Below are positions 60,194-64,000 of a DNA stretch of 64,000 nucleotides, in pieces. Source of the DNA: Promethearchaeota archaeon (lineage in GTDB: Archaea > Asgardarchaeota > Lokiarchaeia > Sigyniarchaeales > Sigyniarchaeaceae); assembly GCA_041305945.1 (NCBI GenBank), contig JBGLND010000001.1:1717210-1781209 (forward strand), in the 5' to 3' direction. The notes beneath the pieces were generated by a model. It made no database searches. It worked only from the letters and a program-made list of their open reading frames with translations, and was not told the DNA's origin. Both the position numbers and the translations under genes were made by a program. Position 1 is the first letter of the stretch. Each line of letters starts with the position of its first letter.

Positions 60194-61066
60194 ATGGAAG
60201 AAATACATAATACCGTCATCATCGTCGATGATAATATCGATATCCTCAACGGGATCAAGATTTTACTCGTGAATAATGGGTTTAAGGTGCATGCCTTTAC
60301 AAATGCACTGGATGCACTCGATCGCATCAAAAACCACGAGGTGAATCCTGATATCATCATCAGCGATATCGTGATGCCCGAGATGAATGGTTACGTTTTT
60401 TTCAAGGCCTTGTCTAGCGATCCCGATTTTTACATGGTGCCGTTCATATTCCTCTCGGGGAAAAAGACCGTTGATGACGTCCGGTTCGGGAAAACCCTGG
60501 GCGTGGATGATTATATCACCAAGCCTTTTGAACCCGAAGATTTGTTGGCTAGTGTCAAGGGGAAATTGAACCGGAAAAAAAGTATTTCTACTTTATATGA
60601 TGCTCAATTGAAAGAAAGCTTGAAAAACAAGGAATTGGATAGTGGCGAAGAACTATTCATTATATTCGTCAAATGGGATGATAAATTGGGTCCCGTGGTC
60701 GGTTCGCATTATCCCGTGACCTTCCAGGAGCCTTTCTCGATCGACGAGATAGGGCTCCAACTTTTCAACGCGGCCTCCTCCATGTTCGGTGGAAGCTTTG
60801 ATGTCGAGCCCGATGGCCTCTTGCTTCCCTTGGCGAATATAAAGAAGAATGCATACATCTATTTTGGTTCATTCCCCGCCCCGGGTTCCCGGTCGAGGCA
60901 CATGCTGTACATGGTCGGCACGATCGCGCCCCGCATCAGTTACATGGATTCGTTGTCCCTCAAGCTGGTGTTCGCGGCAGTTTCACAGAAGATCAACCGC
61001 AGGGAAACATGGAACATTGAAGCCCTCCATGCCGAGGTGCTGGCAGCCATCAACGGGAACAAATAG
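60194..61066 (+). CDS. response regulator: CheY-like receiver plus ~155-aa unassigned alpha/beta C-terminal domain
   Basis: The receiver has IIVDDN ... IIISDIVMPEMNG ... FLSG ... ITKPF. The C-terminal domain (60596-61066) has no motif I recognise. Confidence 0.8.
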   Translation: MEEIHNTVIIVDDNIDILNGIKILLVNNGFKVHAFTNALDALDRIKNHEVNPDIIISDIVMPEMNGYVFFKALSSDPDFYMVPFIFLSGKKTVDDVRFGKTLGVDDYITKPFEPEDLLASVKGKLNRKKSISTLYDAQLKESLKNKELDSGEELFIIFVKWDDKLGPVVGSHYPVTFQEPFSIDEIGLQLFNAASSMFGGSFDVEPDGLLLPLANIKKNAYIYFGSFPAPGSRSRHMLYMVGTIAPRISYMDSLSLKLVFAAVSQKINRRETWNIEALHAEVLAAINGNK

Positions 61067-61229
61067 CGACCGCGGTGCACGTTTTCCGGCAGCGATGAAG
61101 GCGCGCCGTGGCGGGAAAAGCCGGGCCTCATCCCGATCCAATTCGACGCGGGCGGGCGCGTCTTGGTGCAATCTTGACTGGCACGCCGGCCGCTTCCTTT
61201 AAAATCGCATTCGTGGATATTGGTCTATC

Positions 61230-62255
61230 ATGAAAGCACTAGTTACAGGTCCCACGGGCCAGGTAGGCACCGTGCTCGTGGAAACCCTCGTCAAGCGGGG
61301 AAACGAGGTGCATTGCTTCGTTCGGAAATCGTCCAACGTGGAATATCTAAAGAATCTATCTCCCGATAAAATACACTTCGTTCAGGGCGATCTCACCGAT
61401 GGAGAATCCGTCTTCAAGGCAATCTCGGATGTCCAGCCTGATTACGTGTTTCACTCTGGCGCACATCTTCCAAACCAGCACTGGGGGTCGTGGAAGCACT
61501 TCTATGGCATCAACGTGATGGGGACGAAGCACGTCGCCGAGGCGGTCGAGAGGACGTCGTCGGTGAAGAAACTCGCCTACCTCTCGACCTTCGGCGTGTA
61601 CGGGTGGGAGTCGCGATTGGATGTCAAGGAGGACGATCCCTACGGTAAAAAGCACAATTTCTATTCCAAGTCAAAGCTGATGGCTGAAAGGTACCTCTGG
61701 GAGAAGTGGAGTGATGGCAAGGGGATTCCTATCACGATGGTCAAGCCCACGTCCGTGTTCGGCCCCCACGACCGCAACAACATCACCGTCCTCTATAAGA
61801 TGATACAGGATGGAAAAATGGTCCTGCTCGATGGCGGGAAATACATTAGCTCTTGGGTATACAACTACGATGTTGCCGATCTCGTCTGCAAAGCAGCGGA
61901 GAGCGACAAGGCCACGGGCGAGGATTTCTTGGTCAAGACTGGAGATATGACGGTCAAGGAAGGCATCGATCACGTCAAGGCCATGTTCAACATCACGGGC
62001 GTGAAAACTGCCGACCTACCTTCGGGGCTTGTCAAGGTGTTCGGTGCCATCGGGTCAGGATTTGGAAAAGTCTTCTCTCCAAACACGCCGCCGCTCGTGA
62101 ACTCGCACGTCATCCGGCTGCTTGGGCGCCACCACACTGCCAATTGTGACAAGGCAAGGGACGTGCTTGGCTGGACCCCGCGCATGTCCTTGGACGAGGC
62201 GATGAACGAAACCGCGAAGTGGTTCATCGATTCGGGGATATTGAACACGCATTAA
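61230..62255 (+). CDS. NAD-dependent epimerase/dehydratase (extended SDR)
   Basis: MKALVTGPTGQVGTVLV is the glycine-rich loop and YSKSK is the catalytic Y-x3-K. Confidence 0.8.
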   Translation: MKALVTGPTGQVGTVLVETLVKRGNEVHCFVRKSSNVEYLKNLSPDKIHFVQGDLTDGESVFKAISDVQPDYVFHSGAHLPNQHWGSWKHFYGINVMGTKHVAEAVERTSSVKKLAYLSTFGVYGWESRLDVKEDDPYGKKHNFYSKSKLMAERYLWEKWSDGKGIPITMVKPTSVFGPHDRNNITVLYKMIQDGKMVLLDGGKYISSWVYNYDVADLVCKAAESDKATGEDFLVKTGDMTVKEGIDHVKAMFNITGVKTADLPSGLVKVFGAIGSGFGKVFSPNTPPLVNSHVIRLLGRHHTANCDKARDVLGWTPRMSLDEAMNETAKWFIDSGILNTH

Positions 62256-62271
62256 ATAGGCGCGTTCGGCA

Positions 62272-63243
62272 ATGGCGAAGAAAATCATCCCCGTTTTCCT
62301 CGTGACCGGTTTTTTCGGGAGCGGGAAAACCACGTTCATTAACCACGTCTTGTCCCGCCTGGACCACGATAATAAGGTTGCCGTCATGGTGAACGACTTC
62401 GGGGACGTGAACGTGGATTCCGAGCTCATCAAGCAAGAGCATCAAGGGCATCGCGAGCTCGCGGTGCACGAGATATCGGGCGGATCGATTTTTTGCTCTT
62501 GCCGGCACTGGGAATTCGTCGGGGGGTTGCACGCCCTTGCAAGGCACGAGCCCGGGCTCGTGATCGTGGAGGCATCGGGCATGGCCGACCCCTCACCGAT
62601 GCGGAACGACATCGAAATTGCATCGAGCCTCGACCCGGCCCACGCGTACGTGCATGCCGGCACGGTGTGCATCGTCGACGCGACGTCATTCATCGAGCAG
62701 CTTGACATGTTCTCCGTGGCTAGCCGGCAGGTCAAGCAAGCCACGCACGTGGTGGTCAATAAAATCGACTTGCTTGCCGGTGATGCTGGAACCAGGAAAG
62801 ACCTTGTCATCTCGGTTATCAAGGAGATCAACACGCGCGCTGCCATCGAACCCGCGACGCTCGCTGCGATCTCCACCAACATGTTCTTGTTTGATGTCGC
62901 GTCCAGCATCGACAACGGCAAGGCGGACAGGAGCTTGAACGAGCCCGGTAACCAGCCGGGAAAACTGGTGCTGGAAACCACGGGAAAAACCACGCGGGAT
63001 GACGTGGAAGCATTCTATCAAAGCGTGAAGCCGGGCTTGCTCCGGTTCAAGGGATTTTGCTTGCTGGAAAACGGCTGGCATTACGTTGACGCCATCGGTG
63101 ACCAAGTGCGCTTCTCGCCGTTCCCGGTTCCCCGAGAAAAAACCGAGATCGTGTGCATCTTCCCCCGGGCAGACAAGGACATGCTTGCCCGGTTGAATGC
63201 ATTATGGCACCAAGGGCTGGCGCGCCAGGGGAAGGACCCGTGA
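62272..63243 (+). CDS. COG0523/CobW-family G3E GTPase (metallochaperone-like)
   Basis: The P-loop is VTGFFGSGKTTF. It has a variant metal motif EISGGSIFCSCR (family consensus GCICC), EASGMADP and NKIDL. Confidence 0.75.
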   Translation: MAKKIIPVFLVTGFFGSGKTTFINHVLSRLDHDNKVAVMVNDFGDVNVDSELIKQEHQGHRELAVHEISGGSIFCSCRHWEFVGGLHALARHEPGLVIVEASGMADPSPMRNDIEIASSLDPAHAYVHAGTVCIVDATSFIEQLDMFSVASRQVKQATHVVVNKIDLLAGDAGTRKDLVISVIKEINTRAAIEPATLAAISTNMFLFDVASSIDNGKADRSLNEPGNQPGKLVLETTGKTTRDDVEAFYQSVKPGLLRFKGFCLLENGWHYVDAIGDQVRFSPFPVPREKTEIVCIFPRADKDMLARLNALWHQGLARQGKDP

Positions 63244-63605
63244 AACGAACCCGCAAGGCCACGGTGCTCCTCGTGGCCATCTCTTATTTCATTGCAACCC
63301 CTGCCTTTCATGCCTTGATCGTGGCGTCATGGACAATCACGGTTACCGCCGATTTCGCGTCCGAGACGTATCCCGCCCGCCCGCGAGCAACAGGCTTTCT
63401 TTTCGGCATCCAAGATACAACGCCTTCTGATGCATCCATCTTGGAGCTCATGCCCATGGTATACAGGTTTAACCAGCATGCAGGCGTTGATGTTTACGAC
63501 GAGGCGGGACATGCTCACGGTCGCGCGATGGTTCCTCTTCCAAGGCGCGAGGATGCAACCGCGATCGAAGCAACCGCCCAAGTCATCATGAAATCCAAGA
63601 TGTAA
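63240..63605 (+). CDS. hypothetical small membrane-anchored protein
   Basis: The GTG overlaps the CobW-like stop (GTGA). The N-terminal TM is ATVLLVAISYFIATPAFHALIVA, and there is a His-rich patch HAGVDVYDEAGHAHG. Confidence 0.35.
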   Translation: MKRTRKATVLLVAISYFIATPAFHALIVASWTITVTADFASETYPARPRATGFLFGIQDTTPSDASILELMPMVYRFNQHAGVDVYDEAGHAHGRAMVPLPRREDATAIEATAQVIMKSKM

Positions 63606-63659
63606 GATTATAAACCATCGAGACGGGAACATCCTATACGAAGGTACGAGGTAAACGAA

Positions 63660-64000
63660 ATGAGCGAAGTCTTGTTCGCCCCCGAAAAGGTCAAGCACTT
63701 GGAAGCAAACCAGACGCTTCCCGTGAAGCTAGAACGAATGCTTGACCAAGTGGGCTTGGAAACGCTGGTGAAAGGCAAGAGAGTGTGCATCAAGATGCAT
63801 TTTGGCGGAAACGTCGGGTTCACGACCATCCACCCCTTCATCGTCCGCACGCTGGTCGCCAAGGTGAAGAAGGCGGGGGCCAGATCCGTGTTCATCGCGG
63901 ACGGGAGCAAAGGGGGCGCGACCGCGCGGGGATACACGCGTGCCACGGTCGGATGTGCCGTGAAGGGGCTGTTCGACTTCCCTAACGGCACCATCAAGGT
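63660..64000 (+). CDS. DUF362-like protein, 3' end outside window
   Basis: The frame is open from ATG 63660 to the window edge. KGKRVCIKMHFGGNVGFTTIHPFIVRTLVAKVKKAGARSVFIADG resembles the DUF362 N-terminal block. Confidence 0.5.
   Translation, partial: MSEVLFAPEKVKHLEANQTLPVKLERMLDQVGLETLVKGKRVCIKMHFGGNVGFTTIHPFIVRTLVAKVKKAGARSVFIADGSKGGATARGYTRATVGCAVKGLFDFPNGTIK

Noticed and set aside
1-64000. tRNA, rRNA or other canonical RNA genes
   Set aside because: I scanned intergenic stretches (for example 4838-4990, 15871-16393, 19899-20156, 43422-43762, 53231-53594, 54115-54957, 56866-57318 and 59632-60193). I found no T-loop/acceptor-stem pattern or rRNA-like conserved block. A covariance-model scan would be needed to be certain.

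Overview
This 64-kb window reads as archaeal chromosome. The markers are a type-2 methionine aminopeptidase, CofD, a PIN-ATPase-KH protein, a PF02697-type VapB and AGGTGA Shine-Dalgarno boxes. The lineage cannot be fixed from the sequence, though several eukaryote-flavoured domains suggest an Asgard/TACK-like source. About 50 protein genes are supportable. I recognised no rRNA, tRNA or CRISPR array.

Content falls into five groups:
- **Surface proteins.** A striking excess of very large membrane-anchored proteins: four NosD-like beta-helix paralogues, a PKD domain, a seven-repeat FG-GAP integrin-alpha-like protein, a ~1,230-aa modular adhesin with a NIDO-like module, two orphan giants and a catalytically dead transglutaminase-like protein.
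- **Carbohydrate genes that look bacterial.** rhaA, a Cys-type sulfatase, a GH95 fragment, a DUF4091 protein, a Gfo/Idh/MocA oxidoreductase, an alpha/beta hydrolase and an MFS transporter.
- **Signalling parts.** A truncated histidine kinase, a response regulator with an unassigned alpha/beta output domain, a DUSP-type phosphatase, a KaiC-like ATPase, Roadblock/LC7, LRR and an AN1 zinc finger.
- **Housekeeping genes.** map, cofD, asnB, mutL, plsC and a BI-1-like protein.
- **Selfish-element debris.** A TnpB remnant, a Uma2 nuclease, a decayed ParE-like toxin with intact antitoxin plus a second truncated copy, and an intact VapBC pair.

The most unusual structural signal is a series of at least seven abrupt junctions (about 12.78, 23.64, 34.46, 39.8, 47.6, 52.8 and 58.2 kb). 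At each one, recognisable genes on both sides are cut mid-domain with no spacer. The simplest explanation is unmarked contig joins or mis-assembly in a fragmentary metagenome bin, but real deletion or rearrangement cannot be excluded from sequence alone.

I see no complete, obviously novel multi-gene system. The best candidates for follow-up are the receiver-domain fusion at 60.2-61.1 kb, the AN1-TM-ectodomain protein, the integrin-like and NIDO-like surface proteins, the low-GC island bounded by toxin-antitoxin repeats, and the divergent rhaA/sulfatase pair with a palindromic operator-like site.
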